Notes under the pieces: model-generated
The model's input: only the letters and a program-made list of their open reading frames with translations
Databases searched by the model: none
What the model was told of the DNA's origin: nothing
Made by a program: the position numbers and the translations under genes
Shown: positions 1 to 12,402 of the stretch, piece after piece
How the letters are laid out: each line of letters begins with the position of its first letter
Position numbering within the stretch: position 1 is the stretch's first letter
NCBI GenBank assembly: GCA_963663805.2
Contig: CAXXMR010000013.1
Coordinates: 96,001-160,000 of the forward strand
Length of the DNA: 64,000 nt
Direction of reading: 5' to 3'
Source: Sedimentisphaerales bacterium
Lineage (GTDB): Bacteria; Planctomycetota; Phycisphaerae; Sedimentisphaerales; SM23-30

Positions 1-2
1 TC

Positions 3-3000
3 GTCAGCTATGACGAGAGCATACGTCTGGAGTATGTAGATTACGAGCTGGGTAAGCCTCGTTACACTCCGGATGAGTGTCGTTATTTGCGTCTGACCTA
101 CGGCCGTCCCTTCCGGGTGCGTTGTCGTCTGGTGCGCAAAGAAAAAGAAGACATCATGGAAGACAGCATCTACCTGGGTGAGATGCCTATCATGATTGGG
201 GGCGGTGAGTTTATTATCAATGGTGCTGAGCGTGTTATCGTTAGTCAGCTCCATCGCAGTCCGGGTGTTGACTTTGTGGTCGAGACTCAGGAAGGTGACC
301 GTCCTCTGCACGCCTGCCGGATAATTCCGGAGCGGGGCAGCTGGATAGAAGTAAACGTAACAAAAAAAGAAGTAATGGTGGTTCGGATTGACCAGTCGTC
401 GAAGATTTCGGTAACGACATTTTTGCGGGCGATGGACGAACGTTTTAGCACAAGCGAAGCGATTATCCGGGAATTTTATCCGACCAAGATGGTGAATGTG
501 GACAGTCTGAAGCCGACGATGTGGTCGGTTGGTCCGATAGTCGATACGGAAAGCGGCGAAGTGCTGGTCGAGGCGGGTTGCCAGATTGGTGAACATTTGC
601 CGCGTATTCGTCAATCGGCTCTGAAGGAAATCGAAGTTATCTCGAAGGTAACTGATTCGATCATTCTGAATTCTCTGGCTGAGGATCCCGCCAAGAGCTA
701 CGAAGAAGCGATATTGCGTATTTACGCCCGTCTTCGTCCGGGCAATCCGGGTCAGCTGGAGAAGGCCAAGACTCTGTTCCACGAGAAATTTTATGACTGC
801 AACCGTTATCGTCTGGGTCGGGTTGGCCGTTTCCGTTTGAATCGGAAATTCAAGCAGGACATCAGCGAAGACGAGATGACTTTGCGGCCGGAAGATTTTC
901 TGGGTTCGCTGAAGTATCTGGTGGCGCTGCGTAACGGCGAAGGATACATTGACGATATTGACCATTTGGGTAATCGTCGTCTGCGTACGATTGATGAGTT
1001 GGCGACCGATGAACTGCGTAAGGGTTTCCTGAAGCTGCGTCGGGCGGTACAAGAGCGGATGAGTGTTAAGGATATGGACGCTCTGACGCGTATCGCCGAG
1101 CTGGTCAACAGCAAGAGCATTGCCAGCAGCATCGACTTTTTCTTTGGTCGGGGCGAGTTGTCGCAGGTGGTTGACCAGACGAACCCGCTGAGTCAGTTGA
1201 CGCATGAGCGTCGTCTGTCAGCTTTGGGGCCGGGCGGTCTGAACCGTAAGCGGGCGGGCTTTGAGGTTCGTGACGTGCATATCAGTCACTATGGCCGAAT
1301 CTGTCCGATTGAAACGCCTGAAGGTACGAACATAGGTCTGATTTCGTCGCTGAGTATTTATTCGGCGGTGGATGAGTACGGTTTTCTGGTAACACCCTAC
1401 CGCAAAGTTAAAGGCGGCAAGCTGGTGGGTGTCCAATATTTGCGTGCGGATGAGGAAATTGAAGCGATTCTTTCGCCGACTGACGTACTGAAGCCGGGTT
1501 CGGATGAACTGGTGGAAGGTATGGTGCTGGCGCGGGTAGGGGGTGATCTGGCTCAGGTTGACGCGACGGAAATTCAATTTGTAGATATTGCTTCGAAGCA
1601 GACGGTTGGTATTTCGGCGGCGTTGATTCCGTTCTTGGAGCATGACGATGCTAACCGGGCTTTGATGGGTTCCAACATGCAGCGTCAGGCGGTGCCTTTG
1701 CTTTGTGCGGACCCGCCGATGATTGCCACGGGTATGGAACATCCGGTAGCGCGTCACAGCAGTATGTTGGTGCGGGCTCGTAAGGGCGGCAAGGTTACCT
1801 ATGTTGACGCCAGGCTTATTGTAATTGACAACGCGGATGAATACGAACTGCGTAAATATGTTGGTCTTAACGAGCGTACGTGTCTGAATCAGCGGGCGAT
1901 TGTGAAGGTCGGTCAGGTGGTTCAGAAGGGCGATGTTATCGCCGACGGTGCCGCGACGAGCAACGGTGAATTGGCACTGGGACGTAATGTTCTGGTCGCT
2001 TTTATGATGTTTGATGGTTACAACTTTGAGGACGCGATTTTGATTAGCGAGAAGCTGGTCAAGGAAGACGCGTTCACAAGTATTCATATTGAAGAATACG
2101 ATGTTGAGATTCGTGAGACCAAGCTGGGTCGTGAGGAGTTCACGCGTGATATTCCGAATGTATCGGAAAAGGCGTTGGCGAACCTGAACGAAGACGGCGT
2201 GGTGCGGATTGGCACTCCGGTTCAGCCGGGTGATATTCTGGTTGGCAAGGTTTCGCCCAAGAGCAAGAGCGAACTTTCTCCGGAAGAAAAACTTCTTTAC
2301 GCGATTTTCGGTCGGGCCGGCGAAGATGTCAAAAACGACTCGCTGGAACTGCCGGCAGGTGAAGAAGGTATCGTAATTGACACAAAACGTTTCTCGCGTC
2401 GGATGTATATGTCTGATGAGCAGCGCGAGGCGCAGAAGGAAGCTCTGGAGCGTTTCAAAGCTGAGATGCAGGTCAAGATCGCGAATATCTTCCGTAAGAT
2501 GTCGGATAGTCTGCATGAGAAGCTCGACTTGACGGTGGTTGACCCGATGACTCGCCAGAAGCTGGGTGTCAGCGACATCGACGAGATTATTCTGGAACAG
2601 GTTGAGACTTTTAATATCAACTGGGTCAAGCAGGAAGACAAGCGTGCAGAAGCGGAAGATATTATTCAACCGTTTTTGAATCGTATAACCGATATTAACG
2701 ATGAAATTCAGCGTCGGGTTCAGCACTCGCGTCGGGGTGATGAGCTTCCTTCGGGCGTTTTGGAGATGGTGAAGGTTTATGTCGCGACGAAGCGGCCTTT
2801 GAGCGTTGGTGACAAGATGGCAGGTCGTCATGGTAACAAGGGTGTTATCGCCCGTATCATGCCGGAAGAAGATATGCCGTTCCTGGAAGATGGGACGACG
2901 GTCGAGATTCTGCTGAATCCTCTGGGCGTGCCTTCCCGTATGAACGTGGGGCAGATTCTGGAGACTCACCTGGGCTGGGCGGCGAAGGTTCTGGGTTTCC

Positions 3001-3572
3001 AGGCGATTACGCCGGTGTTCGACGGGGCGATTGAAGATGACGTACATGCGGCGGTAGAAGAAGCCAATCAGTATGTTCGTGACACCATCAAGCGTCTGGA
3101 TGAACAGCACAAAGAGCCCGACAAGGACATGAAACTTGTGGAGATGCCTTACGGCGGGAAGATTCGGCTTTATGATGGTCGGACGGGTGAGGCGTTTGAG
3201 CAGATGATAACCATTGGTTACATGTATATTCTAAAGCTGCATCATCTGGTTGATGAGAAGATTCACGCTCGGGCGACCGGTCCTTATAGTTTGATTACTC
3301 AGCAGCCGCTGGGTGGTAAGGCCCGGACGGGCGGTCAGCGTTTCGGTGAAATGGAAGTCTGGGGCCTGGAAGCATACGGCACGGCTTACATTTTGCAGGA
3401 ACTCCTCACTGTCAAGAGTGATGATGTTGAAGGACGTACCAAGATTTACGAGTCAATGGTCAAGGGCACGAATCTTCTGGAGGCAGGTACTCCGGTTTCG
3501 TTTGATGTTCTTTGCAATGAGATACGTGGTCTTGGTCTTAATATCCAACTGGAGAAAAAGCGTATAATCTGA
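3..3572 (+). CDS. rpoB: DNA-directed RNA polymerase beta subunit (5'-partial; the frame is open from base 3)
   Basis: Motifs [60 protein letters not shown]. Confidence 0.99.
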   Translation, partial: VSYDESIRLEYVDYELGKPRYTPDECRYLRLTYGRPFRVRCRLVRKEKEDIMEDSIYLGEMPIMIGGGEFIINGAERVIVSQLHRSPGVDFVVETQEGDRPLHACRIIPERGSWIEVNVTKKEVMVVRIDQSSKISVTTFLRAMDERFSTSEAIIREFYPTKMVNVDSLKPTMWSVGPIVDTESGEVLVEAGCQIGEHLPRIRQSALKEIEVISKVTDSIILNSLAEDPAKSYEEAILRIYARLRPGNPGQLEKAKTLFHEKFYDCNRYRLGRVGRFRLNRKFKQDISEDEMTLRPEDFLGSLKYLVALRNGEGYIDDIDHLGNRRLRTIDELATDELRKGFLKLRRAVQERMSVKDMDALTRIAELVNSKSIASSIDFFFGRGELSQVVDQTNPLSQLTHERRLSALGPGGLNRKRAGFEVRDVHISHYGRICPIETPEGTNIGLISSLSIYSAVDEYGFLVTPYRKVKGGKLVGVQYLRADEEIEAILSPTDVLKPGSDELVEGMVLARVGGDLAQVDATEIQFVDIASKQTVGISAALIPFLEHDDANRALMGSNMQRQAVPLLCADPPMIATGMEHPVARHSSMLVRARKGGKVTYVDARLIVIDNADEYELRKYVGLNERTCLNQRAIVKVGQVVQKGDVIADGAATSNGELALGRNVLVAFMMFDGYNFEDAILISEKLVKEDAFTSIHIEEYDVEIRETKLGREEFTRDIPNVSEKALANLNEDGVVRIGTPVQPGDILVGKVSPKSKSELSPEEKLLYAIFGRAGEDVKNDSLELPAGEEGIVIDTKRFSRRMYMSDEQREAQKEALERFKAEMQVKIANIFRKMSDSLHEKLDLTVVDPMTRQKLGVSDIDEIILEQVETFNINWVKQEDKRAEAEDIIQPFLNRITDINDEIQRRVQHSRRGDELPSGVLEMVKVYVATKRPLSVGDKMAGRHGNKGVIARIMPEEDMPFLEDGTTVEILLNPLGVPSRMNVGQILETHLGWAAKVLGFQAITPVFDGAIEDDVHAAVEEANQYVRDTIKRLDEQHKEPDKDMKLVEMPYGGKIRLYDGRTGEAFEQMITIGYMYILKLHHLVDEKIHARATGPYSLITQQPLGGKARTGGQRFGEMEVWGLEAYGTAYILQELLTVKSDDVEGRTKIYESMVKGTNLLEAGTPVSFDVLCNEIRGLGLNIQLEKKRII

Positions 3573-3629
3573 CCGACCACGGTTGATGTTCGGTAGTATT
3601 AACGCATTATTTCAAGGAGCGAACCAGAT

Positions 3630-6600
3630 ATGGTGGAGTCGATTTACGACCGAATCAACGATTATGGTTCTGTAAAAATCACTTTGGCGAGCCCGAATGA
3701 TATTCGGAGCTGGTCATTTGGTGAAGTCCGGAAACCGGAAACCATCAATTATCGTACCTATCGTCCCGAAAAGGACGGCTTGTTTTGCGAGCGTATTTTT
3801 GGCCCGGAACGGGACTGGGAATGCGCGTGCGGCAAGTACAAAGGTACGAAGTTCAAAGGCATTATTTGCGACCGCTGTGGTGTCAAAGTAACCCACAGCC
3901 GGGTGCGTCGTAAGCGTATGGGTCACATAACGCTGGCGGCACCGGTGGTGCATATCTGGTTTTTCAAGGCGATGCCTTCTCGTCTGGCGAATCTGCTGGC
4001 GATGAAGACTATTGACCTGGAAAAGGTTGTCTATTACCAGGATTACGTGGTAACCGATACCGGCGGCACACCTCTGGCAGAGAAACAGCTTCTGACTGAG
4101 GAAGAGTATCAGCGGGCATTGGAAAAATACGGCGACACGTTCAAGGCTGAGATGGGTGCCGAGGCGGTAGGCTCTCTGCTGCGGAATATGGATTTGTACA
4201 AGACCATGCTCCAGTTGCGTGAAGACCTGGCCAAGACGAACAGTCAGCAGAAGATCAAGGAAATCAGCAAGCGCCTGCGTATAGTTGAATCTTTGCGTTT
4301 GAGCGAAAATGATTCTTCGTGGATGGTTATCGATGTTATTCCGGTGATTCCGCCGGATTTACGTCCGCTGGTGCTGCTGGAAAGTGGTAATTTCGCGACG
4401 AGTGATTTGAACGATTTGTATCGTCGTATTATTAACCGTAACAATCGTCTGAAAAAGCTGGTGGACCTGAACGCTCCGGAAGTCATTATTCGTAATGAAA
4501 AGCGTATGCTGCAGCAGGCGGTTGACGCTTTGTTTGATAACGGCAGATGTCGTCGGCCGGTGCTGGGTTCGAGTAATCGTCCCCTGAAATCGCTGACCGA
4601 TATGATCAAGGGCAAGCAGGGTCGTTTCCGTGAGAATCTGCTGGGTAAACGTGTTGATTATTCGGCTCGTTCGGTAATCGTCATCGGTCCGAATCTGAAG
4701 CTGTATCAGTGTGGTTTGCCCAAACGGATTGCGCTGGAACTTTATCAGCCGTTTGTAATTCGTTTGCTGAAGGACCGCGGTCTGGCCGATACGATCAAGA
4801 GCGCCAAGAAGATGCTGGAACGTCGCGAGGAAATCGTCTGGGACGTTCTGGAAGAAGTAATTCATGAGCATCCGGTAATGCTTAACCGTGCTCCTACGCT
4901 GCACCGTATGGGTATTCATGCGTTTGAGCCGGTTCTGATAGAAGGTAATGCTATCAAGATTCATCCGCTGGTATGTCGCGGATTTAACGCTGACTTCGAC
5001 GGTGACCAGATGGCGGTGCATTTGCCGCTTTCTCTGGAAGCCCAGGTCGAGGCTCATATTTTGATGATGGCGACGAATAATATTTTCTCGCCGGCCAACG
5101 GTTCTCCGATTATGTCACCTTCTCAGGATATCGTGTTGGGTAATTTCTATATTACCCTGATGCGCGACGGCGAGAAGGGCGAGGGGATGGCTTTTTCGAA
5201 TCTGTTCGAGGCTTTGACGGCTTATCATCAAAAGTTCATCACGATGCACAGCAAGGTCAAGGTTCGGTTGCCCAAACACAAGCAGGCTCGTGATGTAAAG
5301 GGCAATTTGAGTGAGCCGGGCGCGACGGTCGAGACTACTGTCGGTCGCTGCATATTCAACGAGATTCTGCATAAGGACATGCATTTTTATAACATGGAGC
5401 TGGGCGCCAAGGGGCTGTCGCGGGTAATTAGCGATTGTTTCGAGGTGGCTGGTCGTAAAGCCACGATCGAGCTTCTGGATAATGTCAAGGATTTGGGTTT
5501 CCGTTATGCGACTTTGGCAGGCCTGTCGATTTCGGTTACGGACCTGAAGATTCCGAGCAAGAAGCAGGAGATTATCGACGAGACTCAGTCCCGTGTGGAT
5601 AAGGTTTTTGAGAATTACCATGCCGGTGCTCTGACCGCTGGTGAGCGTTATAATCAGATTATCGACGCCTGGACCCATGCCCGTGTACAGGTCACCAACG
5701 AGATGATGCTGGAGCTGAAAAACGATACGCGTAACGGCAAGCCGTACCTGAACCCGATTTTCATTATGACGCAGTCAAAGGCTCGTGGTAGTGTTGACCA
5801 GATTCAGCAGCTTTGCGGTATGCGTGCTTTGATGGCTAAGCCTTCGGGTGAAATTATCGAAACGCCGATTAAGGCGAATTTCCGCGAAGGTCTGAGCGTA
5901 CTGGAATACTTCAGTTCGACGCATGGTGCCCGTAAAGGTTTGGCTGATACCGCGTTGAAGACGGCGGACAGCGGATACCTGACGCGCAAACTGGCAGATG
6001 TCAGTCAGAACGTAATTGTTACAGAATATGACTGCGGTACGCTGCACGGCGTTAATAAACGGGCGATTTATGAAGGGGAGCAGATTTCGGTTCCGTTGAG
6101 CGAACTGATTATTGGCCGAATCGCGCGTGATACGATTCGCAATCCGATTACCGATGAAATTATCGTTTCGGAAAATGATATTATTACACCTGAGGTCGCT
6201 CGCAAGGTCGAGGATCTGGGTATCGATACGATTAGGGTACGGAGCCCGATGACCTGCGAAAGTCCGCTGGGCATTTGTGTTCAGTGCTACGGTGTTGATA
6301 TGAGCAACGGTCGTCGGGTTGAGCCCGGTCTGGCTGTTGGCATTATCGCGGCCCAGTCGATTGGCGAGCCTGGTACTCAGCTTACGATGCGTACGTTCCA
6401 TACCGGTGGTATCGCAGAACGTGCGGTGGTTGAGAACAAGACGGTTTCGGCTGTCGATGGTTTCGTGAAATACTCTGACCTGAACGCGGTAGAAGTTATC
6501 ATGCCGGATAAGACCACGACTCGTCTGGCCCTTAAACGTAATGGTGAGGTATTGGTTGTCGATGCCAAGGGTCGGGAGCTGGAACGCTATCGTTCTCCTT

Positions 6601-7916
6601 ACGGTGCCCAGTTGCTGATTGAAGAAGGCGGCGAAGTCAAGGCCGGCCAGATAATGTTCACCTGGGATCCGCACAGTATTCCGATTCTATCGGAAGTTAA
6701 AGGTATCGTGCGTTTCCAGGATATTGAAGAAGGCGAGACGATTCGCACCGAACTGGACCAGAGTGGTAAACAGATGCGTCCGGTAGTTATCGAACACAAG
6801 GGTGAAAAACATCCGCGTGTAGTTATCGAAGATTTGGAAGGTCGTATTCTGGACTTCCATTATCTGCCTGCCAAGGCCCGTATTCAGGTTGAAGAAGGCC
6901 AGGAAATTCAGGCAGGTACGATGTTGGCTCAGCAGCCTCGCGCTATTACCGGAACTCAGGATATTACCGGTGGTCTGCCTCGTGTTACCGAAGTATTTGA
7001 GGCTCGTAAGCCCAAGGAACCGGCGGCGATGGCGGAGATTTCCGGTCGAGTGGAGCTTCGCAGCGATAAGCGTCGCGGTAAGATGACCATTACGATTCGT
7101 TCGGAATCCGGTCTGGAGGTTGACCACCACGTACCGCATGACAAACATTTGAATGTACACTCCGGCGACTTTGTGGACGCGGGCGAACCGCTGACCGATG
7201 GTCCGTTGGTGCCGCATGACATTCTGCGAATTCGCGGTGAAGAAGCGTTGCAGGAATACCTGCTGCATGAGATTCAGAGTGTATATCGTGCTCAGGGTCA
7301 GGATATTAATGACAAGCACGTCGAAGTGGTTATTTCTCAGATGCTGCGTAAGGTTAAGGTTGATAATCCGGGTGATTCGGAACTTCTGCCGGGTGATATT
7401 GTTGACAAGTTCACCTTCCGGGGTGCCAATGAAGATTTGGCCGGCAGTATCAAGGTTGCCGACAAGGGTGACAGCGATATGGAAGCCGGCACTGTGGTTA
7501 CTCGCGATGAACTGGAAAAGGTCAACGAGCCGATCGAAGCTATCGGCGGCGACCCGGCGGTAGGCGAACGCTGCCGTCCGGCGACCGGCACCACTTTGCT
7601 GCTGGGTATTACCAAGGCGGCATTGCAGGCGGAAAGTTTTGTTTCCGCGGCGAGCTTCCAGGAAACCACGCGGGTGCTTACCGAAGCGAGTATTTCGGGC
7701 AAAACCGACCAGCTGCTGGGCCTGAAGGAAAACGTGATTCTGGGCCATTTGATTCCGGCGGGCACCGGGTTCAAGCATTATCTGGATATTCAGGTGAAAC
7801 ATCTGGCTGAGCCTCCGGTTCCGGCGGAATTGGATACGCAGGAGTTGGATGAAGAACGTGCCGAGGAAGCTCGGGCCGAAGCTGCGATAAAAGAAGCTTT
7901 AGGCTTGACAGACTAA
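3630..7916 (+). CDS. rpoC: DNA-directed RNA polymerase beta' subunit
   Basis: NADFDGD catalytic motif; N-terminal Zn finger; follows rpoB. Confidence 0.99.
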   Translation: MVESIYDRINDYGSVKITLASPNDIRSWSFGEVRKPETINYRTYRPEKDGLFCERIFGPERDWECACGKYKGTKFKGIICDRCGVKVTHSRVRRKRMGHITLAAPVVHIWFFKAMPSRLANLLAMKTIDLEKVVYYQDYVVTDTGGTPLAEKQLLTEEEYQRALEKYGDTFKAEMGAEAVGSLLRNMDLYKTMLQLREDLAKTNSQQKIKEISKRLRIVESLRLSENDSSWMVIDVIPVIPPDLRPLVLLESGNFATSDLNDLYRRIINRNNRLKKLVDLNAPEVIIRNEKRMLQQAVDALFDNGRCRRPVLGSSNRPLKSLTDMIKGKQGRFRENLLGKRVDYSARSVIVIGPNLKLYQCGLPKRIALELYQPFVIRLLKDRGLADTIKSAKKMLERREEIVWDVLEEVIHEHPVMLNRAPTLHRMGIHAFEPVLIEGNAIKIHPLVCRGFNADFDGDQMAVHLPLSLEAQVEAHILMMATNNIFSPANGSPIMSPSQDIVLGNFYITLMRDGEKGEGMAFSNLFEALTAYHQKFITMHSKVKVRLPKHKQARDVKGNLSEPGATVETTVGRCIFNEILHKDMHFYNMELGAKGLSRVISDCFEVAGRKATIELLDNVKDLGFRYATLAGLSISVTDLKIPSKKQEIIDETQSRVDKVFENYHAGALTAGERYNQIIDAWTHARVQVTNEMMLELKNDTRNGKPYLNPIFIMTQSKARGSVDQIQQLCGMRALMAKPSGEIIETPIKANFREGLSVLEYFSSTHGARKGLADTALKTADSGYLTRKLADVSQNVIVTEYDCGTLHGVNKRAIYEGEQISVPLSELIIGRIARDTIRNPITDEIIVSENDIITPEVARKVEDLGIDTIRVRSPMTCESPLGICVQCYGVDMSNGRRVEPGLAVGIIAAQSIGEPGTQLTMRTFHTGGIAERAVVENKTVSAVDGFVKYSDLNAVEVIMPDKTTTRLALKRNGEVLVVDAKGRELERYRSPYGAQLLIEEGGEVKAGQIMFTWDPHSIPILSEVKGIVRFQDIEEGETIRTELDQSGKQMRPVVIEHKGEKHPRVVIEDLEGRILDFHYLPAKARIQVEEGQEIQAGTMLAQQPRAITGTQDITGGLPRVTEVFEARKPKEPAAMAEISGRVELRSDKRRGKMTITIRSESGLEVDHHVPHDKHLNVHSGDFVDAGEPLTDGPLVPHDILRIRGEEALQEYLLHEIQSVYRAQGQDINDKHVEVVISQMLRKVKVDNPGDSELLPGDIVDKFTFRGANEDLAGSIKVADKGDSDMEAGTVVTRDELEKVNEPIEAIGGDPAVGERCRPATGTTLLLGITKAALQAESFVSAASFQETTRVLTEASISGKTDQLLGLKENVILGHLIPAGTGFKHYLDIQVKHLAEPPVPAELDTQELDEERAEEARAEAAIKEALGLTD

Positions 7917-7933
7917 TAGAAATAGTGCATAAT
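7905..7933 (+). promoter_or_regulatory. Putative sigma70 promoter for rpsL-rpsG
   Basis: TTGACA(7905-7910)-17 bp-CATAAT(7928-7933); the -35 lies in the last codons of rpoC. Confidence 0.65.
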
Positions 7934-7986
7934 ACATGGCTTATTAGAATGAAGTGAGTGTAAACACTGTATTGTTGGAGACTTAG

Positions 7987-8358
7987 ATGCCGACTATTAA
8001 TCAGTTGATAAGAAAAGGTCGTAAGCCGGTGCGGAAGAAAAATCGCGTGCCGGACCTTAACAGCTGCCCGCAGCGTCGCGGCGTATGCTTACAGGTTAAG
8101 ACCCAGACCCCGAAGAAACCGAACTCGGCTTTGCGTAAAGTCGCTCGGGTTCGTTTGACCAACGGTAAGGAAGTTACCGCATATATACCGGGTATTGACC
8201 ACAACCTCCAGGAGCATAGTATTGTGCTGGTTCGTGGTGGTCGTGTTCGCGACTTGCCGGGTGTTCGCTATCATATCGTTCGCGGTGTGCTGGATACCCT
8301 GGGCGTAAATGCCCGTAAGCAGGGTCGCAGTAAATACGGTGCCAAACGCGGCAAGTAA
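7987..8358 (+). CDS. rpsL: 30S ribosomal protein uS12
   Basis: [22 protein letters not shown]. Confidence 0.99.
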   Translation: MPTINQLIRKGRKPVRKKNRVPDLNSCPQRRGVCLQVKTQTPKKPNSALRKVARVRLTNGKEVTAYIPGIDHNLQEHSIVLVRGGRVRDLPGVRYHIVRGVLDTLGVNARKQGRSKYGAKRGK

Positions 8359-8456
8359 ATTAAGAGTTTCTGGGGCGGCCGGGCGACATTCCGGCCTCTG
8401 ACAGATTAAGGAATAATAATAACTGACCTGTAAGCACAGGATCGGAGTACGCAAAA

Positions 8457-8933
8457 GTGTCGAAAAACAAATTTACAGCCTCTGCCAAGCAGTTGGTACC
8501 GGACTCCAAGTACGGCAGCAAACTGATGTCCAAGTTTGTGAACTGTCTGATGTGGGATGGTAAGAAGTCGGTTGCCCAGCGTGTGGTTTATGATGCCATG
8601 GACATTATGGCTGAGCGTATCAAAGACGTTCCGCCGCAGGAAGTGTTCGAGACGGCTATTGGTAACCTCAAGCCTCTGATTGAGGTTCGCAGCAAGCGTG
8701 TGGGCGGCAGTACCTATCAGGTTCCGATGCAGGTTCGTCCTTCGCGTCAGCAGGCTTTGGCTTTTCGCTGGCTGCTGGCTGCCTCACGCGGCAAAAAGGG
8801 CAAGCCGATGTGCAGACGTCTGGCCGATGAGCTGATGGCTGCCTATCGCGGCGAAGGCACCGCTATGACGACACGTGAAAACGTACACCGCATGGCTGAA
8901 GCAAACAAGGCGTTCGCTCACTTCGCCTGGTAA
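8457..8933 (+). CDS. rpsG: 30S ribosomal protein uS7
   Basis: [34 protein letters not shown] start. Confidence 0.99.
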   Translation: MSKNKFTASAKQLVPDSKYGSKLMSKFVNCLMWDGKKSVAQRVVYDAMDIMAERIKDVPPQEVFETAIGNLKPLIEVRSKRVGGSTYQVPMQVRPSRQQALAFRWLLAASRGKKGKPMCRRLADELMAAYRGEGTAMTTRENVHRMAEANKAFAHFAW

Positions 8934-8952
8934 GTTACATATTAGAGTTAAT

Positions 8953-8995
8953 CTGCCACAATCCGGACTGCGCTCCAGGTTGTGGCAGTTTTTTT
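8953..8995 (+). terminator. Intrinsic terminator between rpsG and fusA
   Basis: CTGCCACAA...TTGTGGCAG hairpin followed by T7. Confidence 0.75.
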
Positions 8996-9045
8996 AGCTC
9001 AGTCGGGTTTATGAACCCGGACAAAACATAGTTAGAGACATTCGG

Positions 9046-11126
9046 ATGGGAACTGATTTACACAAGCTTCGCAATATTGGGATAATGGCTCACATCGACG
9101 CTGGTAAAACGACTGTTACCGAGCGGATGCTGTTTTTTACGGGGCGGACATACAAGATAGGTGAGGTCCATGACGGTACCGCAGTGATGGACTATCTGGC
9201 TGAGGAACAGGAGCGGGGCATTACGATTACTTCGGCGGCGACGACGTGTCCGTGGAAGGGTCATACAATCAATCTTATAGATACGCCCGGCCATGTGGAT
9301 TTTACAGTCGAGGTTGAGCGTTCGTTGCGGGTGCTGGATGGCGCGGTGGCGGTGTTTGACGCTTCTGAGGGGGTTCAGGCTCAATCTGAGACGGTCTGGC
9401 ATCAGGCCCAAAAATATAATGTGCCGTGTATTTGCTTTATCAATAAAATGGACAAAATCGGGGGCGGATTTCGAGATGGCGGTCAAGGACCTGATAGAGA
9501 GGCTGGGTGCCAATCCGGTACCGGTGCAGTTGCCAATCGGCAATCAGGATGATTTCAAGGGTTTCGTTGACCTGCTGGAAATGAAGGCTTGTTATTTCGA
9601 GGAAGATAAAGTTGCTACGCGGGTGGTCGAAAAAAATATTCCCGATGACCTTCAGGATGCGGCGGAAGAAGCCCGGCATTTTATGTTGGAGCACGCTGCG
9701 GAATATTCGGAATCCCTGATGGAAAAATACATCGAGGATGAGCCGGTAGGCATTGATGAGATTGTCGCGGGTTTGCGGGCGGGTACTTTGAGCGGCGAAC
9801 TGCAACCGGTATTATGTGGTTCGGCATTGCGGAGTATGGGCTCGCGGAAGCTGCTGGACGCAGTTTTGGCATATCTGCCCAGTCCGCTCGACAGGCCTTC
9901 GGTGAAGGGGCATGTCGCGGGCAAAAAAAGAAAAAGAAGTCGAGTTTACCTGTGATCCTGACGGTCCGCTGGTGGCTCTGGCGTTCAAGATAACCTCTGA
10001 TACGCACGGTGATTTAACTTTTGCTCGTATATATTCCGGCACGATTAAAAGCGGCACACGGTTACTGAACAGCACGCGGGACCGCAAGGAAAACGTAAGT
10101 AAAATCTGTCGTATGCACGCGAATGCCCGGACCCAATGCGAGGTTGCCCGCGCCGGCGATATTGTGGCTCTCATCGGTCTGAAAAATACCCTTACCGGTG
10201 ATACTCTTTGTGATGCCAAATCCCCGGTTATGCTGGATACCATAACGTTTCCGGAGCCGGTGATAAGTTTGTCAATTGAGCCGCGTACGATGGCGGATAA
10301 GGCTAAACTGGCTGAAGCTTTGGATGTTTTGCGTCGTGAGGATCCGACGTTTAAGACTCACTATCAGGACGAAACTGGCCAAACGATTATTTCTGGTATG
10401 GGTGAGTTGCATCTGGAAATATTGCAGCATAAACTGACGCGTGACATGAAAGTTGATGTACTCATCGGCAAGCCGCGAGTTGCTTATAAAGAGGCGATAA
10501 CGAAGAAGGCCCGGGGTGAGGGCAAGTTCGTCAAGCAGACCGGCGGTCGTGGTCAGTATGGCCATGCGGTGATTACGGTCGAGCCTCATACGCCCGAAGA
10601 AGGGGAGGCAGTGGTTGTATTTGAAGATAATACTGTCGGCGGTGTAATCCCCAAAGAATATATACCGTCGGTTATCGAAGGCATAAAGGGGGCGGCAGCT
10701 ACGGGAGTGCTGGCGGGCTTCCCGGTTATTGGGCTGAAGATATGTATTATTGATGGCTCATCGCATCCGGTGGATTCTTCTGATTTGGCGTTCCAGCAGG
10801 CGGGTTCGATGGCGTTTAATGATGCTGTTAAACATGCCGGGCCGGCGCTGCTGGAGCCGATAATGAAGCTGCAAGTGGTGGCACCGGACCAGTTTTATGG
10901 GGCGGTCCAGGGTGATTTGTCGCGTAAGCGGGCGACGATTGAAAAAACCGGTACGCGTGGTAACTCCAGAGTGATAGATGCTTTAGTACCTCTGGCAGAG
11001 ATGTTTGGCTATGCTTCGGAGTTGCGTGGTTCGACTCAGGGGCGGGCGTCATACTCGATGGAACCCCATAACTATAGCCTTGTTCCGGACCAGATAGCAC
11101 AGAAACTGCTGGAGATTTTGTACTGA
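9046..11126 (+). pseudogene. fusA: Elongation factor G split into three frames by two +1 homopolymer insertions (pseudogene or sequencing error)
   Basis: [22 protein letters not shown] in ORF 9046-9552; continues in 9293-9955 and 9912-11126. Extra G in G5 at ~9460-9464 (KIGADF expected) and extra A in A7 at ~9923-9929 (GKKEKEVEF expected). Confidence 0.85.
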
Positions 11127-11578
11127 TAAATAAGTGAGGGGCGGCGTAAATTTGACTGAAAAGGGTGATTTTTGGCGTTTTTTTTTGATTTTTGGTGGGA
11201 AAAAACTGGTTTTTTGCGATTTTTTCACGTTTTTGGTGAAATTGAACTGTATTATATCACCTTTTTTGGAGATTTTTTTAAAAAAAAGTACCATATAGTA
11301 TAGTTCGAGCAAAAAGGCGGTGTGGACATTCTGGACTTAGTGGACGAGATGGACAAACGTCGGGAGGGGGTGGTTGGTAGTTGGGTGACGTGGTTCTGAT
11401 ATTCATATAAATCTCCTGCGTGTGGCTGTGAGTTTGGCGTGGCACTTTCTGGGAAATTTGAGAAAACCCGTGTGTCCTATAATACATACTGTGGCATGTC
11501 AATTTTCGGCAAAAAATAGTTTTTTAGGGGGGGATGGGAAATATTGTCGCTCAGGGTTGAGAAAAAGTTAAATAACTG

Positions 11579-11607
11579 TTGACAGTATAGTTGTTAGCCG
11601 TTATATT
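11579..11607 (+). promoter_or_regulatory. Near-consensus sigma70 promoter (P1) in the fusA-rpsJ intergenic region
   Basis: TTGACA(11579-11584)-17 bp-TATATT(11602-11607), AT-rich upstream. Confidence 0.7.
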
Positions 11608-11613
11608 TTCCCG

Positions 11614-11752
11614 AATCAACCGAAGCGAGCGGAAGACGGATATTTCGCGAGTTAGTGTAAGTTGATTGCACACCTACACTTACCCAAGGATGGGAGAGGT
11701 TAGCCTTCAGGGCATACCCAGGTTTGAGCAATCAGGCCTGCTCGGTTGAATT
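11614..11752 (+). ncRNA. Candidate structured ncRNA or leader RNA (multi-stem junction, family not recognised)
   Basis: 5' UCAACCGA pairs with 3' UCGGUUGA starting at the predicted TSS and encloses five hairpins, one with a GCAA tetraloop; no ORF. Confidence 0.5.
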
Positions 11753-11850
11753 TCTGGCTGGACCGGGAAGATTATTTCGCAAAAGATTGCGGAATATTTG
11801 TCGATTCAGGCGGAAAAAATAAAAATGTGAGATTTGTGTAAGTTTTTGTA

Positions 11851-11878
11851 TTGACGCGAACGGATAACTCGCTAAATT
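11851..11878 (+). promoter_or_regulatory. Putative S10-operon promoter (P2)
   Basis: TTGACG-16 bp-TAAATT, ~135 nt upstream of rpsJ. Confidence 0.5.
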
Positions 11879-12014
11879 AGCGGTTCTCTATAGTTAGAGG
11901 CCCACAGGCCCTACCGCTATAGATAACTGGATAACCCGGCGGAGTTTGGGAAACGGCCTTTAAGTTGGGTCGGTCGTCAAAGCCGCTAACAGCACTGATG
12001 CAGGAGTTTTAACA

Positions 12015-12323
12015 TTGGAAGCCGAACGGATAAGAATTCGGATGGAAGCCTACGACACCGGCGCTCTTGATGCCTCGGCGAAAGAAATAGTAGAGCAAGC
12101 CCGTCGTACCAATGCCCGTGTAAGCGGTCCTATCCCGCTGCCCACGCGTATTGAGCGTTACACCGTTTTGCGGTCTCCTCATATTGATAAGAAATCCCGC
12201 GAGCAGTTTGAAATGCGTACGCATAAGCGTCTGATTGACATTCACGAAGCTAACCCCCGTACGGTGGAAGCTCTGAATCGTCTGGTCGTGCCGGCGGGCG
12301 TATTTGTAAAAATCCGGGTCTGA
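12015..12323 (+). CDS. rpsJ: 30S ribosomal protein uS10
   Basis: [30 protein letters not shown] start with AGGAG RBS. Confidence 0.99.
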   Translation: MEAERIRIRMEAYDTGALDASAKEIVEQARRTNARVSGPIPLPTRIERYTVLRSPHIDKKSREQFEMRTHKRLIDIHEANPRTVEALNRLVVPAGVFVKIRV

Positions 12324-12402
12324 TGTAAGAAATATAAACGTGTCTTCTGTAGGTTGACGCGTTTTTTTGTGAAAAGAACTAGATTGAAGTGAGCATGAGA
12401 AT

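Noticed and set aside
1218..7802. Long antisense ORFs (for example 630 aa and 371 aa) opposite rpoB and rpoC
   Set aside because: Shadow ORFs produced by codon bias in highly expressed genes; no motifs.
9440..9940. Programmed ribosomal frameshifting in fusA
   Set aside because: Two independent +1 events in homopolymers are more simply explained by sequencing error or slippage mutation.
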